Counted from the stretch's first letter, positions 21,428-31,933 are shown. The stretch: DNA of 64,000 nt from Nitrospirota bacterium (GCA_963737155.1 CAVTRN010000002.1:416001-480000), one strand, 5' to 3'. The notes: generated by a model not told the origin, from the sequence alone. Numbers and translations are program-made.

Positions 21428-21844
21428 ATGCCAATTGATATTAAAGTTCTGCATGACGGTATGGGCATACTGTACCATTGTCACGGAACAGTGACTGGCA
21501 AAGATTTCATAGAAGCCAACAAACGAATCCTCACTTTCGACGAACATTTAAAACAGGTGAGATATGGAATCGTAGATGAGACAACAACTGATGACATCCA
21601 GATGGCTGAGTCCGAAATGCTGATGATTGCTGCGCAGGATAAAAAGATAGCCAATCTCGTTCCATCGGGGGCTATTGTCGCTGTAATAGCCGACCGTAAT
21701 TTCGCTTTTGGACTTGCGCGTATCTGGGAATCATTCATTGAACAGACAGGATGGGAAACCATGATATTTAGGAATAGATGGAAGGCAGAAGGCTGGATTA
21801 AGGAAAAGGTTAAAGCGAACTGTGGAATTGATTTAATATTTTAA
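21428..21844 (+). CDS. Hypothetical protein (SpoIIAA/STAS-like)
   Basis: GGAGG RBS; pattern G-x-VT-x-D...VAVIA...FGLAR-x-W...IFR...AEGW. Confidence 0.65.
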   Translation: MPIDIKVLHDGMGILYHCHGTVTGKDFIEANKRILTFDEHLKQVRYGIVDETTTDDIQMAESEMLMIAAQDKKIANLVPSGAIVAVIADRNFAFGLARIWESFIEQTGWETMIFRNRWKAEGWIKEKVKANCGIDLIF

Positions 21845-22285
21845 TAATTAGCACAAAAGATGTCGAGTAGCGGTCCAGAATTGAAATTATAAAAAGTAAA
21901 AAATTCATTGAAACTTGTTGTGCGAAAGCCTTCCTGAACTTGTTTTAATTTTTAATCTTCTAAGCAGAGCATTTTCCAACCCGTAAATAATATCTCTTAC
22001 GCAGGACTCCCGCATTTCATGCGCTATCATTCGATCATCCTCATGTGGTGGGGGTGTCTTCCGGTAAAACAACCCCATGGTTGCAAATTCCATAAGCATG
22101 GTCTTTTTATAAGATTTATGATGCCCATGATGCAGAATGCCAGATAGGTAAGTAATGACTTCAGCACCGCCGTAATATTTTCTTGGTGCTATGATAATGA
22201 CAGAAATTATTTCGGTGGATAAATATAATAGTGCCTCAGTGTTATATCTATGTCTATGTTAGCTACAACAAAAGGAGGATATAAT

Positions 22286-22894
22286 ATGCCAGTAGAAGAA
22301 ATCGTAAGCGGCGCAACATCAACCAAACATATAGGTAAAGCAGGATTGACTGTTAAAGAGGGTGTCATAAGCAGCCTCAAGGGAATCAATGAGATCGAAG
22401 CAGAGATCGTCAGCCTTGTTCGGAATACCGTGTCCAACACGCTCCGAGCGACGGGCTTCGTGGGAAGCGAAACGATAATTGTTATAAAGGATGTCGTCAA
22501 GGGCGCGATTCAGGCGACGGAAGAGGTTGGCACGGGACTCATCCTGAGCACCAAGAGCGTCACGAAAGGCGTGGTCATGGGCGTAAGCGATGTTGGCGGT
22601 GATGTGCTCTCTGTTGCAGGTCCGACGATCAGAGGTGCAATTAAGGGCGCGGCTGAGGTTGGCGCAGATGTTGCCATGGTTGCACGGCGGGCCATCGATG
22701 GCGTGCTTGAAGCTACGAAAGAAATTGGCGGTAATGTCGAGGAAGTCGCAAAAGTAGCAGTTACGGGCGCCATTGATGCTGCGGCAGCGATTGGCAATAC
22801 TGCAGTTAAGGCAGTCAAGGATATGCTGGTCGGCGTCGTTGAAGGGGCAAAAGAGGTTGCAGTAAGCGTGCTTCCCAACGCAAAAGCGGCGTGA
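22286..22894 (+). CDS. Hypothetical protein built of ~22-aa amphipathic helical repeats
   Basis: AGGAGG RBS; recurring GAI.A..EVG / G...A.KEIG units. Confidence 0.8.
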   Translation: MPVEEIVSGATSTKHIGKAGLTVKEGVISSLKGINEIEAEIVSLVRNTVSNTLRATGFVGSETIIVIKDVVKGAIQATEEVGTGLILSTKSVTKGVVMGVSDVGGDVLSVAGPTIRGAIKGAAEVGADVAMVARRAIDGVLEATKEIGGNVEEVAKVAVTGAIDAAAAIGNTAVKAVKDMLVGVVEGAKEVAVSVLPNAKAA

Positions 22895-23208
22895 CCTGTC
22901 GGCATCTGGTCGATTGGTGTATCCAGAGAAGAAATGATTTGTGCCTGGACAATTCATTCTTCGGAACGGGGAAAGGGTATCCGCAAGGCACGGTTATAGT
23001 GCCGGTTTATGCAGTGATACCCTTTTTAAATGAATAGCGCGAAGATGATGCCGATGAATCCGGAGAGGGGGCTCCGTCTAAGCCAGCTTGTGCTAATGTC
23101 ACGATGAATCCGAAGTGACATCAGGAAGCCGCGCTCAAATGTTCCCCAGGAGCAGGAAAAAATTCTGCGATATTTACCGCGTAGCGCAAATTATTTAAGA
23201 GGGGATAT

Positions 23209-23345
23209 GTGCCTCGCTTCGAGGACGGGTTTTCTTTTGCCCCGCTGTCTTTGAAGGCATTTGTAGCTATGCTTATTATGATGGCATTGTACTATTTGGT
23301 CATTGATTTTATGAAGGTTTGGTATTACAGATTTATAAATCATGA
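23209..23345 (+). pseudogene. C-terminal remnant of a P-type cation ATPase (MgtA-like)
   Basis: FSFAPLS...MALYYLVIDFMKVWYYR resembles the last TM helix of these ATPases; the rest of the gene is absent. Confidence 0.5.
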
Positions 23346-23699
23346 ATCGTGCCTCGATTTTAGTATATGGCACCCAGGGCATGTATGCATGATACGATCA
23401 GTATTTACTGACAGTGTCAAGTGCCTCCAATTGGACTAAAACCGCTTTGCAGCGGCTAAAATCTCAACGACACGCCGGACTTAAATCCTGTGCCATTCGT
23501 AAACTCGGTGCCACCCCTTTAAGGTCACCGAAGATCTGCAGTACAAAGGTGTCCTGATATGGACCTACTCTGCCGCGAAGCGCACTAGCATCTACGCTTT
23601 TAATACACACACCTCTCAAATTTATCTGTATAATTAGAGCAATAAATTTAATCTCCCTGTTTGGTGCCGGACCAGCTCGGCTGCGATAGTACTCCCTGC

Positions 23700-23989
23700 T
23701 GCAGATGCCCTGTTTGGTGCATGGCTGATTTTAACAGGACTTATCGTTTTGACCGATTTTAACTTCCATGTAAGCTCAACGATGATTGCCAGCGTGGCTC
23801 GTAGCGGGTGCACTTCTGATGCTAGCGGACCGAGTCGAGAATATTTCAACACACATCCCGGACTTCGTTCTCGGGCTATGGTTTGTTCTCATGTGCCTTG
23901 TTCCGCTCAACATCCACTTCAGTGGAAGCCACGCCATGCTTGAAGTGATCATGTTGCTGGCAGGAGTGCTGATAATCATCCGCCGGTAA
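23700..23989 (+). pseudogene. Frameshifted small membrane protein with a duplicated unit
   Basis: LFGAWLILTGL...LVAGALLML and LGLWFVLMCL...LLAGVLIIIRR are similar units split across two frames. Confidence 0.45.
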
Positions 23990-24143
23990 GATGAACCAAT
24001 CCATATGCTGTCGCTCGTCAGAATCCTGCCACCGTTTCTGGGGGAGCGTTGCTGACGAATTCGGGGTCAATACTAGTGATTGTATTACGAGCGGCCCGGA
24101 GGCTCACCCAGAGAATATCCAGTCTCAAAGGAGGATGGAAATC

Positions 24144-24530
24144 ATGACTACATCGCAAGAAAGAGGGATCATTAGTCTTCCTTGCCGGAGGAGCGTCACT
24201 GAGACAACGCAACGGCTAGCGGGCATTATCGAGTCACGAGGGATGACAGTATTCTCACAAATCGATCAGCGTGTGGCGGCGAACACTGTCGGACTCGATA
24301 TGAAACCAATGGTTTTGCTCGTATTTGGTAATCCGAAGTCGGGAACACCTCTCATGCAGAAGTATCCTTTACTTGCGATCGATCTGCCTCTGAAAGCGCT
24401 CATATGGGAAGACGAGGCGGGACGTGTATGGGTCAGTTATAACACCCCTGAGTACTTGATGCAGCGGCACGGCTTAACTGAGAAACCATTTCAAGTTGTG
24501 GAAACGATAATTGCGCAGGCAGTGCAGTAG
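24144..24530 (+). CDS. DUF302 domain protein
   Basis: GMTVFSQID, LLVFGNPKSGTPLMQ, AIDLPLKALIWED; GGAGG RBS. Confidence 0.9.
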   Translation: MTTSQERGIISLPCRRSVTETTQRLAGIIESRGMTVFSQIDQRVAANTVGLDMKPMVLLVFGNPKSGTPLMQKYPLLAIDLPLKALIWEDEAGRVWVSYNTPEYLMQRHGLTEKPFQVVETIIAQAVQ

Positions 24531-24803
24531 CTCCGATGCGGTAAACGTCATGCAAATTCTTAAATCGAGGATTCTCGGTTTTTCAATCATATATGGAGCG
24601 GGCTTCGTGCTCGCGCCCGTTCGCAGCAATACGGCTTGTACGAGACTGTCGAGAATTCCTTGTCGTCAAAAAAATCGTTTTATCCGGCAAAAATAGACGG
24701 GAGATCTGGCATTAACGAAGACAATTCCCGAAAGTACAATGATCCTATCAGTGATTGTAGGTCTGCTTCGGATACAAATTCCGGCAAGAAAGGCCCATTC
24801 CTT

Positions 24804-25277
24804 ATGAAAAAAATGATCTATTATTTGGTTCTCAGCATGAATATGGTGTTGGCCGTTCTAACAGCAGTGTCTTCAGCCCAAGCCGCGCTTGGTGAGCCCG
24901 CAAATTCGGTTACGGCTGATCGAAAGGCCATCTTGTCCGCACGGAGCGCTACGACGATGACCCATGCAAACTACACTGTACAGCAATTTAAGTCTGATGC
25001 AGTTACTGTGAGGGAATATATTTCCCCAGCGGGCATCGTATTCGGAATCGCCTGGAACGGTTTGATGTACCCTGACCTGACGCAGTTGCTCGGTTCCTAC
25101 GCGAATGAATACCGGGAAGCTCAGCGTCGGATGCCCCGCATGCATGGCAAAAGGACCCAGCAGGTTAAAACTGACCGCGTTGTCGTGGAGAAATGGGGGC
25201 AAATGCGAAACCTGCAGGGCCGTGCTTACGCGCCTGCTTTGATCCCTCAAGGAGTAACGATAGGTGAAATCAAATAG
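24804..25277 (+). CDS. DUF2844 family secreted protein
   Basis: Signal peptide ending AQA-ALG; TVREYISPAGIVFGIAWNG..PDLTQLLGSY; GRAYAP. Confidence 0.85.
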   Translation: MKKMIYYLVLSMNMVLAVLTAVSSAQAALGEPANSVTADRKAILSARSATTMTHANYTVQQFKSDAVTVREYISPAGIVFGIAWNGLMYPDLTQLLGSYANEYREAQRRMPRMHGKRTQQVKTDRVVVEKWGQMRNLQGRAYAPALIPQGVTIGEIK

Positions 25278-28098
25278 AGTACCGCTTCTTTTGCTGATTG
25301 TTATACTGCTTGCCGGTTGTGGGAGTTCGGGCGGAGGGTTGAGTGCGCCTGCGCAAACCCTTGTATTCATTTCGGTGACGCCGACCAATCCAAGCATTGC
25401 CCTCGGCACAACGCGGCAATTTGTAGCCACGGGAACTTTCTCCGACAATACGACGCAAAACTTGACAGGGTCAGTGACGTGGAGTTCAACTTCCGCATCA
25501 GTGGCGACGATAAGCAATACGGCCGGCTCCAATGGCCTGGCAACGTCAGTCGGGACGGGGTCAACTACCATAACAGCTGCGTCGGGCGGGATTTTGGGCA
25601 CCACAGCTTTGACCATTACGGGGGCGACGCTTGTATCCATCTCGGTGACACCGACCAATCCAAGCATTGCCCTCGGCACGACGCGGCAATATACAGCCAC
25701 GGGAACCTTCTCTGACAATACGACGCAGAACTTGACAGGGTCAGTGACGTGGAGTTCAACTTCCGCGTCAGTGGCGACGATAAGCAATACGGCCGGCTCC
25801 AATGGCCTGGCAACGTCAGTAGGGACGGGTTCAACTACCATAACAGCCGCGTCAGGCAGGATATTGGGTTCCACAACTTTGACCATTACGGGGGCTACGC
25901 TTGTATCCATTTCGGTTACACCGACCAATCCAAGCATTGCCCTCGGCACAACGCAGCAATTTACAGCCACGGGGACTTACTCCGACAATACGACGCAGAA
26001 CTTGACGGAGTCAGTGACGTGGAGTTCAACTTCCGCATCAGTGGCGACGATAAGCAATACGGCCGGCTCCAATGGCCTGGCAACGGCAGTCGGGACGGGG
26101 TCAACTACCATAACAGCTGCGTCGGGCGGGATTTTGGGCACCACAGCTTTGACCATTACGGGGGCGACGCTTGTATCCATTTCGGTTACACCGACCAATC
26201 CAAGCATTGCCCTCGGCACAACGCAGCAATTTACAGCCACGGGGACTTACTCCGACAATACGACGCAGAACTTGACGGGGTCAGTGACGTGGAGTTCAAC
26301 GTCCGCATCAGTGGCGACGATAAGCAATACGGCCGGCTCCAATGGCCTGTCAACGTCAGTCGGGACTGGTTCAACTACCATAACAGCCGCGTCAGGCGGG
26401 ATATTGGGTTCCACAACTTTAACCATTACGGGGGCGACGCTTGTATCCATTTCGGTTACACCGACCAATCCAAGCATTGCCCTCGGCACAACGCAGCAAT
26501 TTACAGCCACGGGGACTTACTCCGACAATACGACACAAAATTTGACGACATCTGTAGCCTGGAGTTCGTTGTCCACGACGGTTGCCGGCATCAGCAATGC
26601 AGCGGATTCCAACGGTAAGGCGACGTCGGTAGCAATAGGCTCAACCACGATTACGGCCATTTCCGGCAGCATATCAGGTTCTACGACATTGGCGGTTACT
26701 CCTGCAGTACTTGTATCCATTTCGGTGACACCGACCAATCCGAGTATTACCCTCGGGACGACGCAGCAATTTACAGCCACGGGAACCTTCTCCGACAATA
26801 CGACGCAAAACGTGACAGGGTCAGTGACGTGGAGTTCAACGTCGGCGTCAGTGGCGACGATAAGCAATACGGCTGGCTTCAATGGACTGGCCACTTCGGT
26901 TTCCACAGGCGCCACGACGATTACAGCTGCATCAGGAAACGTAGCAGGAGTTACCATGCTGACTGTAATCAGCGGGACAGCTCCCGTCATTAATGTGATG
27001 TCCATCACCGTGAACGGCTCACTCTGCTCGTCCAGCACTTCCGCCGGATATCTTAACAAACCCTGCGTCAGTGTTACGATCTGTACACCTGGATCCACTA
27101 CTGCCTGCCAGACTATTAACGACATTCTTCTGGATACCGGAAGCTACGGGCTGCGGATCTTTCAGCAAGTGCTGACTGTGCCTCTGCAAACGATAGCAAG
27201 CGGTACCGGTTTGCTTACCAGCTGCGTTCAGTTCGCAGATGGCTCGTCCGACTGGGGGCCGGTAGAATTGGCGGGTGTGGTCCTGGGGAATGAGCCTGCA
27301 GTTAATGTCCCAATTCAGGTCATTGATGCTACGTTCGGCACTGTCCCTTCGTCATGCGGTACCCCTGAGCTGAGCCCGGCAGATGCGGGATTTAGCGGTA
27401 TCCTCGGCGTTGGCCTCTTCGACCAGGACTGCGGGCCGGTATGCGTAAGCAGCAACGCGGTCGGAATCTATTACACATGCAGTGGGTCGGTTTGCGATCC
27501 GACTACCGTGCCGCTTTCCAATCAAGTTTCAAATCCCGTAGTGAGCCTCCCTACAGACAGCAACGGTGTGATTGTCCAGCTGCCGGCCATTCCATCAAGT
27601 GGATCACTCTCGGTCAATGGCAGCCTTGTACTCGGGATCGACACACGTACAAACAATGCGTCCAGCGGCGCTACGATGTATAGTGTTAACGATGTAAATA
27701 ACGAAGACTACGGGGAAATCTTGACTGTCTTTGATGGCGTATCCTATGGCAGCGTCATAGATAGCGGCTCAAACGGCCTGTTTTTCACCGCGTCATCTAG
27801 CCAGATTCCGCAATGCAGAAATAATCCGGACTGGTTCTGTCCCGCGTCCACGACAACCCTTTCTGCTGAGAATACGGGGTATTTGGGAACACCGAGCAAC
27901 AATGTTTCCTTCCAAATCGGCAATTTTGACAGTCTCATAAATTCGTCCAACCAGGTGTTCTTTAATATCGGCGGTCCTGTACCTCCATCCACGGATTTTT
28001 TCGACTGGGGGCTCCCGTTCTATTTCGGACAGAGCATTTATGTGGGAATTGAAGGGCAAGAATCGAAACTGGGCACTGGGCCCTATTACGCCTACTGA
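25264..28098 (+). CDS. Lipoprotein with six Big_2 Ig-like repeats and a C-terminal DUF3443 (pepsin-like) domain
   Basis: Lipobox LLAGC; six 90-aa LVSISVTP..TQQFTATGTYSD..VTWSS repeats; PCVSVTICTPG, LDTGS, NPV..DSNG, IDSGS, FDWGLPF. Confidence 0.9.
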   Translation: MKSNRVPLLLLIVILLAGCGSSGGGLSAPAQTLVFISVTPTNPSIALGTTRQFVATGTFSDNTTQNLTGSVTWSSTSASVATISNTAGSNGLATSVGTGSTTITAASGGILGTTALTITGATLVSISVTPTNPSIALGTTRQYTATGTFSDNTTQNLTGSVTWSSTSASVATISNTAGSNGLATSVGTGSTTITAASGRILGSTTLTITGATLVSISVTPTNPSIALGTTQQFTATGTYSDNTTQNLTESVTWSSTSASVATISNTAGSNGLATAVGTGSTTITAASGGILGTTALTITGATLVSISVTPTNPSIALGTTQQFTATGTYSDNTTQNLTGSVTWSSTSASVATISNTAGSNGLSTSVGTGSTTITAASGGILGSTTLTITGATLVSISVTPTNPSIALGTTQQFTATGTYSDNTTQNLTTSVAWSSLSTTVAGISNAADSNGKATSVAIGSTTITAISGSISGSTTLAVTPAVLVSISVTPTNPSITLGTTQQFTATGTFSDNTTQNVTGSVTWSSTSASVATISNTAGFNGLATSVSTGATTITAASGNVAGVTMLTVISGTAPVINVMSITVNGSLCSSSTSAGYLNKPCVSVTICTPGSTTACQTINDILLDTGSYGLRIFQQVLTVPLQTIASGTGLLTSCVQFADGSSDWGPVELAGVVLGNEPAVNVPIQVIDATFGTVPSSCGTPELSPADAGFSGILGVGLFDQDCGPVCVSSNAVGIYYTCSGSVCDPTTVPLSNQVSNPVVSLPTDSNGVIVQLPAIPSSGSLSVNGSLVLGIDTRTNNASSGATMYSVNDVNNEDYGEILTVFDGVSYGSVIDSGSNGLFFTASSSQIPQCRNNPDWFCPASTTTLSAENTGYLGTPSNNVSFQIGNFDSLINSSNQVFFNIGGPVPPSTDFFDWGLPFYFGQSIYVGIEGQESKLGTGPYYAY
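25361..26980 (+). repeat. Six tandem 270-bp intragenic repeats
   Basis: TTGTATCCATTTCGGT.ACACCGACCAATCC-like unit start recurs at 25361, 25631, 25901, 26171, 26441, 26711. Confidence 0.97.
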
Positions 28099-28249
28099 CC
28101 TGAAAAACTGTTATTGAACAATCCGCCATCACTACAGTTGCCCTTCGTGACATACGCAGACATAAACCCCAGTTTAAAAACCCGGGCTTTCTGGCATGTG
28201 TGATAAAAATGAAAACCTATATGGAGATCATTTTACAAGGCGGCACTTC

Positions 28250-28500
28250 ATGAAAAGAAGGTTGAGAGCATGACAGCGCTAAGGGCAGAATGCTGGCCAC
28301 TTGCGGCAGCAGTTCCGGCAGATTTGATTTTGGAAGTTTTAGTGGCAGTGTAACACAAACATTCGTCCCGCTTTTATGTTCTTGGCGACCAACGGTGACA
28401 ACACAGTCTCTCAGTACGCGACCGGGACAGGTGGGGAGCCCACATCCATGTCCACCCCACGGTTGGATCGGGGGATGAATCCTGTGTCGGTCAACCACCT
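28250..28500 (+). pseudogene. Decayed lipoprotein with a lactonase-like beta-propeller blade
   Basis: Fragments MKRRLR / LATCGSSSG and NGDNTVSQYATGTGG.PTSMSTP...G.NPVSV lie in different frames with stops. Confidence 0.5.
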
Positions 28501-28732
28501 CAGGCAGATATTAATGGGCAGCGGCATGCTCCGGCGCCCTGCAGCACCGTAGCCACAATACAAACTTCGGGATACTTGAGTGCAAAGCCTGCGCTTTTGT
28601 TGTAGGTTTTTCTTCAGCATGGGATATTGCTTCGGGTGAAGACCGCTATAGTATTTTTAAAAGAATTCTGTTCCCAGGTATGTGAATATTGAGTTGAGGG
28701 TCGAACGTTCGTTCCTCACTCTTTGCCCCTTG

Positions 28733-31579
28733 CTATGTTCGGTTAAGCACTTCCCTGACCTTGCTCAGCAGCTCCAGGGGCTTTACCGGCTTCGGCAGGA
28801 ACTCCGTACCGATCGGCAAGCCTTCCTGTGCGAAAACTTCTCCCGAATAACCGCTCATGAAAATACAGCGGATATTCGGGCTGGAAGTGCTGATCTTATG
28901 ATACGTTTCCAAGCCATTCATCTTTGGCATGATGCCGTCAAGAATTACGAGGTTAATTGTTGCGCGGTTTTCGTTGAACTGGATAACCGCCCTATTCCCG
29001 TCCTCTGCCTCGATCACCGTGTAGCCCATGTCCCGGAGGATGGCCGACGTCATATTGCGTAGTCTCGCGTCGTCTTCAGCCAGCAGGATCGTTTCGCTAC
29101 CACCACTGATCGGGACCGGAATTTGCTCCGCAGGTTCAGGCACGGCATTCGCCGTTCGGGCAATAGGGAAATAAACGTGAACGGCTGTCCCTTTCGCAGG
29201 CTCAGAATACACATTGATGAAACCATTGTGCGCTTTCACAATTCCATACACAGTGGCTAGTCCGAGACCGGTCCCTTTTCCCACTTCCTTGGTTGTGAAG
29301 AACGGCTCGAAAATCCTTTTTTTGGTCTCTTCGTTCATTCCAACGCCGGTGTCCGACACCGACAGCATGACATAGTCTCCCACCTTCCCGAAACCATGAA
29401 GCCGTATAAACGTCTGGTCCATGACACTGACCCTGGTATCAATACTCAGTTTCCCTCCTTTCGGCATGGCATCACGCGCATTCGTAACGAGATTCATGAC
29501 CACCTGCTCTATCTGTCCCCGATCTGACATGATCATGGGTTGCTCGGCCGAGTATCGGATCGCCATTTCGATGTCTTCGCGCAGCAGGCGGCGCAAGAAT
29601 TTCTCGAAATTCCTTATCATGGCGTTTAATTCATGAAGCTCTTTTTTCATGGGCTGTTTTCTGCTGAATGCGAGCAGGCTCTGAGTCAAAACGGCTGCGC
29701 GCTCCGAAGATTGCAGAATCTGGTCGATGTAGTGTCTCACCGGATTGTCGCCCTGCAGTTTCATCAGGGAAAGGTGGCCGTAGCCGATGATCGCGGACAG
29801 TATATTGTTGAAATCGTGTGCCACACCGCCGGCAAGCTGGCCGATCGCCTCCATTTTCTGCGCATGTCGGTATTGGTCTTCCAGTTTTTTCTTCTCGGTG
29901 ACATCGACACAGATCTCGATCACGGAAGTTATATTGCCCGCAGCGTCCCGCATGGCGTACGACTTTGTATCAACGAACATTGGGTTCCCGTGTTCATCGA
30001 ATTGCGTATGCAGAAATGCGACGTGTTTTCCGGTTTCGAAAGTATACTTCACAGAGCACTGTTCCCCGGCTTCAAAACAGGGGGTCGTGCGGTGGTGGGA
30101 TACTTCATAGCAGCATTTACCGATTGCGTTATCAATGGTTGTCCCGGCCTTGTCGCAAAAAGACTTGTTCGCAGAGATGATCCGGTAATCGCTGCCTACG
30201 ACGACAAAACCCTCATCCACGCTTTCAAGAATGCTTTTAATGAAAATTTCGTTCTGCTTTATCAACGATTCTGTCCGTTTGCGTTCGGTAGTATCACGGA
30301 AGATACCGACGAGGCACTGCTTTCCACCCACAGTCACCTGGGTGGCACTGATATCGGCATAAAAGACAGATCCGTCCTTTTTCAACATCGGGACCTCAGG
30401 CGCAAGAGAGATCTCGCCCCGCTGCTGTCTTTCAAAGATATCCCTAGCTGCGGGCAGGTCCTTTTCCGGATGAATATTGTCAATACTAAGGCCAACGATC
30501 TCATCGCGGGTATACCCAAACATGAGGCATATGGCTTTATTAGCTTCAATAATAATTTTGCTCTCTGTGTCGGCGATCATGATCCCATCCGTCGCCTGTT
30601 CGACTATTGACCGGAACTTGTCTTCGCTTTCCCGCAGGCTTTCTTCAGTCCGTTTACGTTCGTCGATAGTGTGGACCAGTTCTTTGTTAATTTTTAAAAT
30701 TGATCCATACCGCCAGTATGCCATGCCGCAGATGGCGATGAACAGGAATAATCCACTCGCAAAAAGTATTTTATTGGCCGTCCAGTACGGTGCAGGCGCG
30801 CCGTACCATCTGATATAGATCTGCTGATATGCGGGGCTTCCAATAAAACCTTTCAGGGCATTGTTTAACCGCTCCTGTAATTGCACATTGCTCTTGCCTA
30901 CTACCAAACATCTTTCCTGCTCGGAGAAGGACTTTCCGATTTTCTTGATGCGGTCTTCCAGGCCAGTTTCCCTTGCCTGTTTTTGAATCATTGATTCCTC
31001 GCCGGCGAATAAATCGATTTTCCCGGCGAGAAGGCTGAAAAATCCTTCTTGATAACTGCCTTCAGCCGAGAGTTTCGTCCCCGGCCGGTTTTCAAGTTGT
31101 TCGTAGCTTTGACTGCCCCTTATAACGCCTATGGTGTATCCCAGAGGCACCGTGGCGGGATTTACCCTGCTTTCAGACCGGGCAAAATAGGAAAGATTGG
31201 CTATGTCTATCGGGGAGCTGAACAGTAGTATCTTTTCGCGATCGTCGCTCTTGAGCAGGACACTGATCTCTGCCTCGCCGGTCTCTACCGAAGTTATCAT
31301 TTCCGGCCAACCTGGTTTACAAATATAGCTGACCTCCAACCCAGCACGCCTAGCTACGCTGTTGATAATATCCACGGCAAAGCCAGAAGGTTTGCCGGAA
31401 TTTTTGTCCCAAAAAGTGATTGGCGCGTAACTGCAGTGGACAACTGCAGTTACCTTTTTAGGAGCTATTTGTTTCTGAGAGGATTCGGCCCATGACGAAG
31501 CGACGCAGGCCAAGATTATGATCAAGGTAGCGATAAAGGGTCCGCAGACCTTTCTGATTTTGTGCTTGGAAGTAGTCAT
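28733..31579 (-). CDS. Hybrid sensor kinase: periplasmic solute-binding domain, TM, two PAS, HK, REC
   Basis: YAPITF...PSGFAVDI PBPb-type start; AGGVAHDFNNIL; C-terminal REC. Confidence 0.95.
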   Translation of the reverse strand: MTTSKHKIRKVCGPFIATLIIILACVASSWAESSQKQIAPKKVTAVVHCSYAPITFWDKNSGKPSGFAVDIINSVARRAGLEVSYICKPGWPEMITSVETGEAEISVLLKSDDREKILLFSSPIDIANLSYFARSESRVNPATVPLGYTIGVIRGSQSYEQLENRPGTKLSAEGSYQEGFFSLLAGKIDLFAGEESMIQKQARETGLEDRIKKIGKSFSEQERCLVVGKSNVQLQERLNNALKGFIGSPAYQQIYIRWYGAPAPYWTANKILFASGLFLFIAICGMAYWRYGSILKINKELVHTIDERKRTEESLRESEDKFRSIVEQATDGIMIADTESKIIIEANKAICLMFGYTRDEIVGLSIDNIHPEKDLPAARDIFERQQRGEISLAPEVPMLKKDGSVFYADISATQVTVGGKQCLVGIFRDTTERKRTESLIKQNEIFIKSILESVDEGFVVVGSDYRIISANKSFCDKAGTTIDNAIGKCCYEVSHHRTTPCFEAGEQCSVKYTFETGKHVAFLHTQFDEHGNPMFVDTKSYAMRDAAGNITSVIEICVDVTEKKKLEDQYRHAQKMEAIGQLAGGVAHDFNNILSAIIGYGHLSLMKLQGDNPVRHYIDQILQSSERAAVLTQSLLAFSRKQPMKKELHELNAMIRNFEKFLRRLLREDIEMAIRYSAEQPMIMSDRGQIEQVVMNLVTNARDAMPKGGKLSIDTRVSVMDQTFIRLHGFGKVGDYVMLSVSDTGVGMNEETKKRIFEPFFTTKEVGKGTGLGLATVYGIVKAHNGFINVYSEPAKGTAVHVYFPIARTANAVPEPAEQIPVPISGGSETILLAEDDARLRNMTSAILRDMGYTVIEAEDGNRAVIQFNENRATINLVILDGIMPKMNGLETYHKISTSSPNIRCIFMSGYSGEVFAQEGLPIGTEFLPKPVKPLELLSKVREVLNRT

Positions 31580-31933
31580 TTCAGAATCTTGAAAGTATGC
31601 TCGACGACAAGATAAATTAGCGAACCGATGATACTGACGTGAAACAACCCTAACAAGAAGAGTCGGTCAAAGTCCCTTGGACTGCATGTTTTTTTGTCCG
31701 CAGTACGCTGGATCATGGTGCATTACTGTGCTTATTGACGATTTTATTTGTACTTCATCGTTCTTATCGGATTTATGGGAAAAAATCTTTAAGGAATAGC
31801 GCGCTTCAGTCGCGATATATTGAAAGCTTGGCCAAGGGAAACGAGTGTCGGATTATTGATTATGCACTTTGCCCTGTCATATTTACGACTCCGATAAATG
31901 CGAGGGTTCCCCATCATTTCAGGATATTACAGT

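Noticed and set aside
25361-26980. Tandem repeats as a CRISPR array or diversity-generating template
   Set aside because: Units are 270-bp in-frame coding repeats with no unique spacers, and no cas or RT gene is nearby
24873-27125. Long antisense and alternate-frame ORFs over the Ig repeats
   Set aside because: Shadow frames propagated by repeat duplication; the plus-strand lipoprotein explains the sequence
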